From Patescibacteria group bacterium (GTDB lineage Bacteria; Patescibacteriota; Patescibacteriia; Magasanikbacterales; UBA922), in NCBI GenBank assembly GCA_041658785.1, contig JBAZZL010000004.1, positions 1 through 59,899 on the forward strand: 59,899 bases of DNA, given 5' to 3'. This document shows positions 16,692 to 24,787 of this stretch, one piece after another. Each line of letters starts with the position of its first letter. The stretch's first letter is position 1. The notes under the pieces are model-generated. The model searched no databases, was not told the origin of the DNA, and saw only the letters and a program-made list of their open reading frames with translations. The translations under genes were made by a program, and so were the position numbers.

Positions 16692-19600
16692 ATCCCCTCC
16701 GTGCTGGAAGCCGTGCTTGACGCGGTCTCAAACGTCAGAAGATTCCTCGGCCACCAAGTAGAATGCGCGATGCGGATAAAATGCTCTGGCGTCAGATTTT
16801 GCGCCGTAACCATTGGCGCTCCCACAGCTTCAATCCCGATATCCATTTCTTCAAACCGGGTATTGTCAATGGCGAGTGATCCGCGATCAAGGGCAATGCC
16901 TTTCACGGTCCGGCTGACGGTTTTGGGAACGCTCCACCGAATCAGCGAGTTTTTGATCGCCATATCCGATTGATGCAGCTGGATCATGGCATTAGAACGG
17001 TAAGCGTCTTCAAACGTAACCTGATCAAGAAAAACCGTAGCTTGATCGGCCCAGAGCATCGCGCTGTCGTTTAGAGGCAGATCCCCGCGATTGCCGTTTT
17101 TCAGCCTGGTGTAAGCAAGGTCAACAGTTCCGCCCGGACGGACCACCAACGACCCCCACCAAGCATAGCCTGATCCATTTACGATAGTAACTGGGGCGTT
17201 GGCCGCGCCGCGGCTTTTGAACGTCCCTCTAACTTCGATGTTCATATGCCCGGCTATTCGCAAAACGACTCCGGGGTCAAGAGTAAGAGTTGAACCGGAC
17301 GGAACAGTAATTCCGCTGAAGCGATATGGATAAGGGCCGGCAAGAGTGGTGGATGAAGCAAAGGTCGTGTTAATTAATGAGAGCTGATCCGCGGCATTGC
17401 CCTCCAACAACAGCCCTGTAAATGAGGGCGCGACCTCGTGCGAATAAAGCGGACCGTCAGGGTTCATCAAATTTTTGAACTGGACATTATTTAAGTCAGC
17501 GGAAAGAAAACCGGCTCGGCCGGCGCTATCCAGCCCAACCCCGAGCCAGCCGCCGAGAATTTGCACGCGGGAAAGAGCCAATGCGGATCGATTCCCGTCC
17601 GAAATATCGGCCCAGATAACCGCATTGTACTCTTTATCCCGGGTGTGTTGGTAATTGTTTTCAAACACCGTGTCTTCAATCACGGCCGTGCTGCCGACAA
17701 TTCTAATTACTTGAGCAATCTCGCGCATGCCGTAAACCCAGCCTGTGCCTTTTTCAAAAAAATATCCTCCATAGCGGAAGCGAGTATTTTTGATCTCGGC
17801 TCGACCTCCGTTTTTAATCTCAATGCGCGACCAGTCGCCCGCGGCCGGCGTGGATGACGGCGAATAAACCGACATGCCGGAGAGCGGGAGTCCAAAACCA
17901 AAAGCGCGCGCCGAGGTAAAAACAACCGGTTCCTCGGCCGTGCCATTGATCTTGAGCAGACCTAGCACTTTAAGCGCGGACGAGCGATCAATGCCGATAA
18001 TCGTAACGCCGGGATCAATCTCCAGCGTCATCCCGTTGGGAATTTCAGTAATGTAGTCAAGAATATACGGGCTCTGCTCTTTGGTCAGCCGCAGGGTGTT
18101 GGCAGAAGAAAACCAATCGCTATAATAAAAGGAAAGAACGCGCAACAGCGTAAAGCCGCGGTTCGCGCGCCCGGGACTGCCGTAAAGTTCGCCGCAATTG
18201 TTGGTGCGGCCAAAAGGAGTGAGACGATCCGCTGTTTCCCAATTTGATCGGAAAGAACCGGGAAGCGACGGATCTTTTCTGGCCATAGGTTGGCGCCGAG
18301 CGCCATCTCCGCCAGCATCGGTCCGGCCAGCCGACCAGCCAGAGATAAATGAAACTTCGTCAACCGTCTCTCCTTGAGAATTGACTAAAGCAAAGCGAGC
18401 GCCGGCATCAGGGATGTCCAATGACTCAGTGGTAAGATTGATTGGCAAACCAGTTAGCGCGTCCTTTCGGGCAAAACGACGGACTAAAAGATAATAACCG
18501 TCTGGTTCAATCACGCCAGAAAGCGAAATTGACGCGTTGCCGACAAAAAGACGCCAGCCTGAAAGATCAACCAGCGCGGCTGTATTGTTTTTGAGTTCAA
18601 TCCATTCATGCTTGGCGCATTCTCCGCCGCCGGTCCCCATCCAGGCGGCCTCATTGATGACAACATTTTTTCGCCAGTCGGAAATGATCTCATGACGATT
18701 GCCGGAGCTGTCGCTCCACACCGAAACATTGCCGGCCGCGTCAATCGCCCGGGCGCGAAACCGGTAACGTTTGAGGCGCAAGGCCGCGAACGAATGGCGG
18801 GTGGAGGTGGCGCGAGATAGAAGAGGAAAAAATGTTTCAACAGACGAAGCCAACAATCGCGTTCCGCGTTTTTCCGCACCATGCCACGCGCCAAGGCCGG
18901 CCAATGAACCCTCGCCATCCTCCATTGCCATTTCCAGATCATATCCCAAAATGCCGCTGCCGCTGTCTGTACTCTCCCAGGCGACGTCAATCGTAGGAGT
19001 GGCCGAAGTAAAATCGGTTTGCGTAAGCGCGAGGCTTGGCGCGGCGGGCGGAATAGTGTCAAGAAAAATTTCCAAACTTGTCGTCGCGGTTGATCGCCCC
19101 GCCGCGCTTTGTCCGCTGACTTCAAAACGATTGGCCCCTTCAATCAACGATACCGCTGTCTCCCAAACAGTAGACGAGGAAAAAACAGCCGCCGCCTCTG
19201 CTCCGTTCACCCAGATTGCGGTTACTGTCTCATTCTTTGTTCCGGCGATAGTCGTGATCGGCGTGTTAACGTAAATCAATGAAGAAGACGGACTGGTCAG
19301 CGCAATGACTGGCGGTTCGGCGTTAATTGTTGGCTGTTCATTAATCATTGATCTTTGGTCACTCTCCGTTGTCCCTGATGATGAACCACCGCCCGACCCA
19401 GAGCCCCCGGCCGGCCCGCTGAACAAAATGAAAATCGGTTCAACCGCGCGATTGACCATATCTTTAATCTCTCCGCCCAGCTGGCGCGCTTCTTCGCCCA
19501 CACGGCGGACCATTTCTCGAGCCTGATCCGTGAGCGATGGCGGCGCAACGGCCTGCGGCGGCGCAGTGGTTGCTGGGGTCAACGAAGAGGATAACACATC

Positions 19601-20935
19601 CGTAACCACAATCGTCAAAACAAAAAACGCGCTCCCGACTTGAACAAATTGTCTGTCCGCTTGCCGGACGATCTGCAACCTGAAAGTATAGCTCCCGGGC
19701 GTCGGCGGCAAGGCGATCCGCGCCGAAAACGTTCCCGCGCCACCCGGCGCGACGCTAGTTTGATCAAGTTTCGCCGGACGCAGAGCAGTCAGCCAGCTCG
19801 CATGCCGATAAACCTGATTCGCCGCTTCTCCGCCCACGACATTGACCGAAATTTCCTCCGGCGTCCATGGTGTCGTACCGGTATTTTTCGCGCGCAAAAC
19901 AATCGACATTTCCACGGCCCCGCGCGCGACGGTTACGGTTTCTCCCGAATTCAAAATCTGCGCGTCATACCTCGTGGACGGTGGAGTTAATTCTTCTCTT
20001 GGCTGTTCTATGGGCTGTTCCGCTTGCCCCAAGTTCATCTCGGACACCTGCCCGCTGCCCACCACGGTCTCGGCCTCTGTCCCCGCTTCCTGCGAACCAA
20101 AAAAACGGCCCCAGATTGAAGCAACGAACCCATAAAAACGGGAGAACAGAGATTGAGACCTGGATTCAGATTGAGAAACAACGGATGTCTCCGGTTCGCC
20201 AACCACCAGATCTTTATTAAGTTCAATAAATTTGGAAGGAGCGTAACGATGGGGCGCGGAACCGTCGGTGCCGGAGTAGCCAGTACCAGCGCCGGCGGTG
20301 TTTTGCAGGTCAGCGTCATATCCTTCTTGTTTTTTGATTTCAAGGTGGAGGTGATCACCCCACAAACAGCGCATATCACCAACATTTCCTATAACTTGTG
20401 ATTTCTCCACATTATCACCTTCCTTTATCTTAATACTACCCAAATGACCATATTGAGAATAAACAATTTTAACTTTATTATTTTCGTCATCATTTCCTAT
20501 GTTAAAATATACATTTTTATCATCAGGTATTTTGTGTTCAACAATTACCACCTTTCCCCAACCATGAGTAGACTTTACTTTCTCATTATATTCTTCCTTA
20601 GTAATTTCTCCATTTTTATATGCATCTTGATCCCTGCCTGTACACAACGGCCAATCATACACTTTTACCACTCGACCATTGGCTATGGCATATATATTTT
20701 CTCCTCTATCTAAACTGTAATCTTCTCCCATATGGCCTTTATACCACCGTTTTGCAGTATTACTATACCAACTATTACCCAATCCATTTGTCATGCTGCT
20801 CTTACTTTGTGTAACACCACTATCCCCATAAACAAAACCGCTTATTGTTACCGCGATTACCGAGATGGCAAAAAAAATAACTGACGTAATTATCATCAAA
20901 TACAAAAAAGAAAATAATCGACCTCCATAATTCAT
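16688..20935 (-). CDS. giant membrane-anchored surface protein: M23 peptidase + lamin-tail domain + right-handed beta-helix repeats
   Basis: 1415 aa. It has an N-terminal TM helix and M23 motifs (HMGEDY, GHLGS, HLHLEI). An LTD-like segment reads VVINEAAWMGT..HEWIELKN..DLSGWRL. The C-terminal part is repetitive and beta-helix-like. Its stop overlaps the queA start. Confidence 0.8.
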   Translation of the reverse strand: MNYGGRLFSFLYLMIITSVIFFAISVIAVTISGFVYGDSGVTQSKSSMTNGLGNSWYSNTAKRWYKGHMGEDYSLDRGENIYAIANGRVVKVYDWPLCTGRDQDAYKNGEITKEEYNEKVKSTHGWGKVVIVEHKIPDDKNVYFNIGNDDENNKVKIVYSQYGHLGSIKIKEGDNVEKSQVIGNVGDMRCLWGDHLHLEIKKQEGYDADLQNTAGAGTGYSGTDGSAPHRYAPSKFIELNKDLVVGEPETSVVSQSESRSQSLFSRFYGFVASIWGRFFGSQEAGTEAETVVGSGQVSEMNLGQAEQPIEQPREELTPPSTRYDAQILNSGETVTVARGAVEMSIVLRAKNTGTTPWTPEEISVNVVGGEAANQVYRHASWLTALRPAKLDQTSVAPGGAGTFSARIALPPTPGSYTFRLQIVRQADRQFVQVGSAFFVLTIVVTDVLSSSLTPATTAPPQAVAPPSLTDQAREMVRRVGEEARQLGGEIKDMVNRAVEPIFILFSGPAGGSGSGGGSSSGTTESDQRSMINEQPTINAEPPVIALTSPSSSLIYVNTPITTIAGTKNETVTAIWVNGAEAAAVFSSSTVWETAVSLIEGANRFEVSGQSAAGRSTATTSLEIFLDTIPPAAPSLALTQTDFTSATPTIDVAWESTDSGSGILGYDLEMAMEDGEGSLAGLGAWHGAEKRGTRLLASSVETFFPLLSRATSTRHSFAALRLKRYRFRARAIDAAGNVSVWSDSSGNRHEIISDWRKNVVINEAAWMGTGGGECAKHEWIELKNNTAALVDLSGWRLFVGNASISLSGVIEPDGYYLLVRRFARKDALTGLPINLTTESLDIPDAGARFALVNSQGETVDEVSFISGWSAGRTDAGGDGARRQPMARKDPSLPGSFRSNWETADRLTPFGRTNNCGELYGSPGRANRGFTLLRVLSFYYSDWFSSANTLRLTKEQSPYILDYITEIPNGMTLEIDPGVTIIGIDRSSALKVLGLLKINGTAEEPVVFTSARAFGFGLPLSGMSVYSPSSTPAAGDWSRIEIKNGGRAEIKNTRFRYGGYFFEKGTGWVYGMREIAQVIRIVGSTAVIEDTVFENNYQHTRDKEYNAVIWADISDGNRSALALSRVQILGGWLGVGLDSAGRAGFLSADLNNVQFKNLMNPDGPLYSHEVAPSFTGLLLEGNAADQLSLINTTFASSTTLAGPYPYRFSGITVPSGSTLTLDPGVVLRIAGHMNIEVRGTFKSRGAANAPVTIVNGSGYAWWGSLVVRPGGTVDLAYTRLKNGNRGDLPLNDSAMLWADQATVFLDQVTFEDAYRSNAMIQLHQSDMAIKNSLIRWSVPKTVSRTVKGIALDRGSLAIDNTRFEEMDIGIEAVGAPMVTAQNLTPEHFIRIAHSTWWPRNLLTFETASSTASSTEGI

Positions 20936-20936
20936 A

Positions 20937-21527
20937 CTATTTCAATCTAATGCCCGATTTTACCCGTTCGAGTAACTCCAAAGAATAGCTAGTTAAATGA
21001 AATACACGAGAATCACCATTAAATAGCAGATAATAACTGTATTGACCTGGTACTGGACCATCTTGTAACTGAGTTAATGCATATTTATAATCCGTTTCTG
21101 ATGCTTTTTTAATTAACCTTTCTTCAGTAGGCGAAACCTCATTTCCACGATCCAATAATCTATCAATGTACTCAAAATAATCTTCATCATTATTTTTTTC
21201 AAAAATCAATAAAGTAACACCTCCACTTCCTTCGATATTTATACCAAAACCATCCAACCCATAGTCACCCCTATCAATCCTAAATTCTGATCTTAAATCA
21301 CCTAAATTAATTTCAATATTATTAAATAAATCCTCTATAATAGTATCTCCGTGCTCCTCCACCACCTCCACCCCCTCCGGCAACTGATTATGATTTGCTG
21401 AAAACTGATCCGTTGCGGGCGCGACGACACCCGGGTTTTTGGAAACGCGATAAAAATACCCCCCGACCACGGCGGCGACAACGAGGAAGATAATCCAGGC
21501 GATGAACGAAACGCGATTTTTGGACAT
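20937..21527 (-). CDS. hypothetical membrane-anchored protein
   Basis: 196 aa with an N-terminal TM helix (FIAWIIFLVVAAVVGGYFY). It abuts the giant gene (stop 20937, next start 20935). Confidence 0.6.
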   Translation of the reverse strand: MSKNRVSFIAWIIFLVVAAVVGGYFYRVSKNPGVVAPATDQFSANHNQLPEGVEVVEEHGDTIIEDLFNNIEINLGDLRSEFRIDRGDYGLDGFGINIEGSGGVTLLIFEKNNDEDYFEYIDRLLDRGNEVSPTEERLIKKASETDYKYALTQLQDGPVPGQYSYYLLFNGDSRVFHLTSYSLELLERVKSGIRLK

Positions 21528-21833
21528 AAAATAAGGTTAGAGTGAATAATGAAGTACATTATACCAAAAAATCGCCAGCATGGCGATTTCAATGATGAAA
21601 TAAACTATTTAATTTCAACACAACTCTTGAACATACTTTATTACTGCCGGCGGCAAGACATCTAAATTTTCTAAAATCTCTTTTTTCAAACTCTTGATAT
21701 CCTCCCCATTAAGTTCTCTTAACTTTTCAAATTCAGTTACATCATGTTTGTCTGAGCCAGCCAAATGAGTTGCGCAGAAATCGGTGTGAATAAAAAAATT
21801 CCTTTTTAGGAATTCTTCTATTTAGATCTGGAA

Positions 21834-22439
21834 TCAATACATCGCGCCACCGGTAAATAACCCTGTCAAATATTTGATAATCGGTGAAATCCACTGAAAA
21901 CCCACAAATATGAAGAGTAATAAAATTACCCATCCATACTGTTGGAGTTGCGCTTTTACCTGCGACATAGAATCCGGCAGCAGCGCAAACAAGAGTTTGG
22001 ATCCATCAAGCGGGGGAATCGGCGCCAAATTAAAAATTGCGAGCATTACATTTGCGTATACTATAATAAAAAGAAAAATACTTAGATTTGAAACAGGTAA
22101 AAACCGCAGGACAAGCCCAAAGATGAATGCCAACACCAAATTTGACGCTGGCCCGGCTATTGCCACCCACACCGGACCCCATTTTTGATCTTTTAGATTA
22201 TAGGGATTGTATGGCACCGGTTTTGCATAGGCAAACAACATGCCGGTGGGGATCATAATAAGCGGCAAAATAATTGATCCGAATAAATCAACGTGCGCGA
22301 TCGGGTTCAAGGTCAATCTGCCTGCATAGCGCGCGGTCGGATCGCCCAGCTGATCGGCCATCCACCCATGAGAATATTCATGTATAATAGCGGAAAAAAT
22401 GATCACAATGACGAAAAAAATCGTAAAAGAAATATCCAT
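21834..22439 (-). CDS. site-2 protease family (M50) zinc metalloprotease
   Basis: HEYSHG (HExxH) in the first TM region, a polytopic profile, and NLAPIPPLDGSK. Confidence 0.8.
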   Translation of the reverse strand: MDISFTIFFVIVIIFSAIIHEYSHGWMADQLGDPTARYAGRLTLNPIAHVDLFGSIILPLIMIPTGMLFAYAKPVPYNPYNLKDQKWGPVWVAIAGPASNLVLAFIFGLVLRFLPVSNLSIFLFIIVYANVMLAIFNLAPIPPLDGSKLLFALLPDSMSQVKAQLQQYGWVILLLFIFVGFQWISPIIKYLTGLFTGGAMY

Positions 22440-22604
22440 AGAAAGAAAAAGACAGTTTAATGGTTTATTAGTAACACGCCCTTGACAGCTGTAAAAAATA
22501 ACAGTATAATCCTCCCGTCAAAGAATGAACTGTAGTATAGTAGAAAACAGTTAAATTTTCAAGGGGGCGCCCATTAATAATCCAATAATCCATTAAATGA
22601 GTAT

Positions 22605-22778
22605 ATGTCTAGAAGATGCGAAGTATGCGGCCGAGGCCCGACAAAAGGAGCCAGCCGCAGCCATTCAAAAATTAAAACACTCAAACGCCAATATATTAAT
22701 CTGCAAAAGGTTGGCAAAAAAAAGGTTTGTACCAAATGCATTCGTACGACAACCAAGCAAACAAAAGCAACGACATAA
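22605..22778 (+). CDS. rpmB: 50S ribosomal protein L28 (57 aa, below the ORF-track cutoff)
   Basis: Hand translation gives MSRRCEVCGRGPTKGASRSHSKIKTLKRQYINLQKVGKKKVCTKCIRTTTKQTKATT. It is followed by a terminator hairpin. Confidence 0.85.
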   Translation: MSRRCEVCGRGPTKGASRSHSKIKTLKRQYINLQKVGKKKVCTKCIRTTTKQTKATT

Positions 22779-22800
22779 AATTTGATCCGGTAAAACATCA

Positions 22801-22827
22801 AAGACGCCTTCAGCGGGTGTCTTTTTT
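22801..22827 (+). terminator. rho-independent terminator after rpmB
   Basis: aagacgcc-ttcagc-gggtgtctt followed by tttt. Confidence 0.7.
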
Positions 22828-22890
22828 GTAGAACCAGTACATTTTGGAAACAAAAATATGCCTGATTAATTCTCCAAATATCTAACTTTG

Positions 22891-22964
22891 TCGGGGTGAC
22901 CCGACTCGAACGGGCGACCTCATGCACCCCATGCATGCGTTCTAGCCAACTGAACTACACCCCG
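22891..22964 (-). tRNA. tRNA-Pro (anticodon GGG), CCA not encoded
   Basis: The rc folds as cggggtg-ta-gttc-agttggcta-gaac-g-catgc-atGGGgt-gcatg-aggtc-gcccg-ttcgagt-cgggt-caccccg-a. Confidence 0.9.
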
Positions 22965-23315
22965 ATCTGATTGTCTATTCTGTATCCATTCTTTTGACTT
23001 CTCAAAATACATCCGTAAAACATATGCACCCCATGGTCGCCTCAAGCGACCGCTAACCAACGGCGCTATAGCCCGATAGAAAATAGAGTATAACAAGCAT
23101 TAAAATAAAAAACAACCCCGCAAAAACGGGATTATTTTGACCCCAACGAACGGCAGTACAGAACAATATCCCTATTTAATAAGTGGATAACCGCAGTTAC
23201 GGTCCACGGACCGGAACGATATAAGTAGTCCAAAAGATACTGTTGTAGAATATGATCGTACTGCCTAATGTCAGGATCAATGGTATTATAGAATAACAAA
23301 AAACCAATGTCAAAT

Positions 23316-23648
23316 CTAATTTCTCTTTTGTGGCGGAACGTCTCTAGGGTTTATTGGCCCCCATTTTATTTTCTTCTGTCCGGGTAATGGCGGTAAATTT
23401 TCGGAAGGTGGCGGGGGCATCTTGGGTACCGATTCCGGGACAGAGTCAGGCATCCTAATCTCTAGTTGCGGCAAATCATAAATAGTTATCGGCCAATCTT
23501 CGGGTCCGCTGTTTCCGTGTTCGCTTTTTTCATCTATCGGCTCTCCGTTTCTATAATTTCTGTCGCCTCCTCGACCACCATTTCCGTCTATCATTCTCCA
23601 TTCAACTTCTCCCATACTTTTAATATTTAAAATCACTAAAAAAGTCAA
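23316..23648 (-). CDS. hypothetical Gly/Pro-rich protein
   Basis: 110-aa ORF with a terminator-like hairpin (cccg-tttttg-cggg + T-run) downstream at ~23110-23135. No family recognised. Confidence 0.45.
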   Translation of the reverse strand: MTFLVILNIKSMGEVEWRMIDGNGGRGGDRNYRNGEPIDEKSEHGNSGPEDWPITIYDLPQLEIRMPDSVPESVPKMPPPPSENLPPLPGQKKIKWGPINPRDVPPQKRN

Positions 23649-23668
23649 ATAAATTTATCCACACCAGT

Positions 23669-24244
23669 TTAACTCAATCTCTCGTAAGAATATATCTCCG
23701 CCTTTTTGCCAAACCAATGCTTGATCTCATGCTCCGCTTCTTGGGGCGTTTCCGAGGCGTGGACAATGTTCATTACCGCCCGCTTCTCCGAATTGGCCAC
23801 TGCCGGAGAATCATTGGAGTAATCTCCGCGAATCGTACCCATATCTGCCTGATAAGGCATAGTCGCCCCGGCAATCTTTCTTACCATATCCACCGCGTGC
23901 ACGCCTTCTACCGCCATTTTAACCAAAGGCGCCGAAGTCATGTAATCCACGAGCCACTGGCGCACCATTTTACCGAGTTCCAAATCATTATCCGTTCCCA
24001 GCTGTTTGACGGCGTCAATGCCATATTTTTCATAAGTCGCCAGAGTCTTTTGCCCCAACCGGCGAATCCATATTTCATCTTTCGGATAATGGTTGTCAAT
24101 TTGTTCAAACGTGGGCTGAAACATCTGAAGCGCGACAATTTTAAGTTCGCGCTGTTCAAACCGGCGAATCACCTCGCCGATTAAACCTTTTTTAACGCCG
24201 TCAGGCTTGATCATTACATAGGTTTTCTCTTTTTTGAAATCCAT
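23669..24244 (-). CDS. ndk: nucleoside-diphosphate kinase (long form)
   Basis: TYVMIKPDGVKKGLIGEVIRRFE and the catalytic His context NIVHASE. 191 aa, with an internal extra segment relative to my recollection of ~140-150 aa. Confidence 0.8.
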   Translation of the reverse strand: MDFKKEKTYVMIKPDGVKKGLIGEVIRRFEQRELKIVALQMFQPTFEQIDNHYPKDEIWIRRLGQKTLATYEKYGIDAVKQLGTDNDLELGKMVRQWLVDYMTSAPLVKMAVEGVHAVDMVRKIAGATMPYQADMGTIRGDYSNDSPAVANSEKRAVMNIVHASETPQEAEHEIKHWFGKKAEIYSYERLS

Positions 24245-24310
24245 ATTTGCGTAGTTTAAAAAATAATGTTAGGCGTATTATAGCGCTGCGCGGCAAGAAA
24301 GTCAAACACG

Positions 24311-24358
24311 ATTATTGTTACATTGTTAAATTGTTACATTGCTACATGGCTACATTGT
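24311..24358. repeat. word array attgttacattg-type (left flank of four-helix-bundle gene)
   Basis: attattgttacattgttaaattgttacattgctacatggctacattg. Confidence 0.9.
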
Positions 24359-24362
24359 TTGT

Positions 24363-24743
24363 CTAAAACTTTAATTTTGCGTTAGTAAAAGCAATGAGGC
24401 CATTAACTTCTTTGGGGAGTTTGTTTAATTCTCCCATAATATGGTCGTACTGTTTTTGACTAATCAACCCGCGTACCTTTGCTTTCAATGTCCAATCACA
24501 GCATTCTTTAACTGAACCGTAAGTATAACGATAAAATTTTATCTTATCTTTTTTACTGTATCTGCCAAAACCTTCGGCAATGTTCGCAGAATTGGAATCA
24601 ACCGCTCTTACCCACTGTTTGCCGATCGTATCTTTGGCAAAAAAATCCCACTTTATTACAATATCCCAAACATAATTAGACAAATGAAAAGCCATCTTAT
24701 ACGCGCCAATATCATTGAGTTGAAGATATTTTTGCTCTGACAT
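24363..24743 (-). CDS. four-helix-bundle protein (23S rRNA intervening-sequence protein family)
   Basis: FKMAFHLSNYVWDIV...RAVDSNSANIAEGFGRYSKKDKIKFYRYTYGSVKEC matches the family pattern recalled from memory. Confidence 0.75.
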   Translation of the reverse strand: MSEQKYLQLNDIGAYKMAFHLSNYVWDIVIKWDFFAKDTIGKQWVRAVDSNSANIAEGFGRYSKKDKIKFYRYTYGSVKECCDWTLKAKVRGLISQKQYDHIMGELNKLPKEVNGLIAFTNAKLKF

Positions 24744-24747
24744 AAAA

Positions 24748-24787
24748 AACAATTTAACAATTTAGCAATGTAACAATTTAGCAATAA
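24748..24787. repeat. inverted copy of the same word array (right flank)
   Basis: aacaatttaacaatttagcaatgtaacaatttagcaat. caatgtaacaat is the reverse complement of attgttacattg. Confidence 0.9.

Noticed and set aside
21615-21815. Minus-strand reading frame ...HTDFCATHLAGSDKHDVTEFEKLRELNGEDIKSLKKEILENLDVLPPAVIKYVQELC
   Set aside because: It is open for ~65 codons but contains no ATG (only a possible TTG giving 49 aa), and I recognise no family. It could be a gene remnant, but the evidence is too weak to call.
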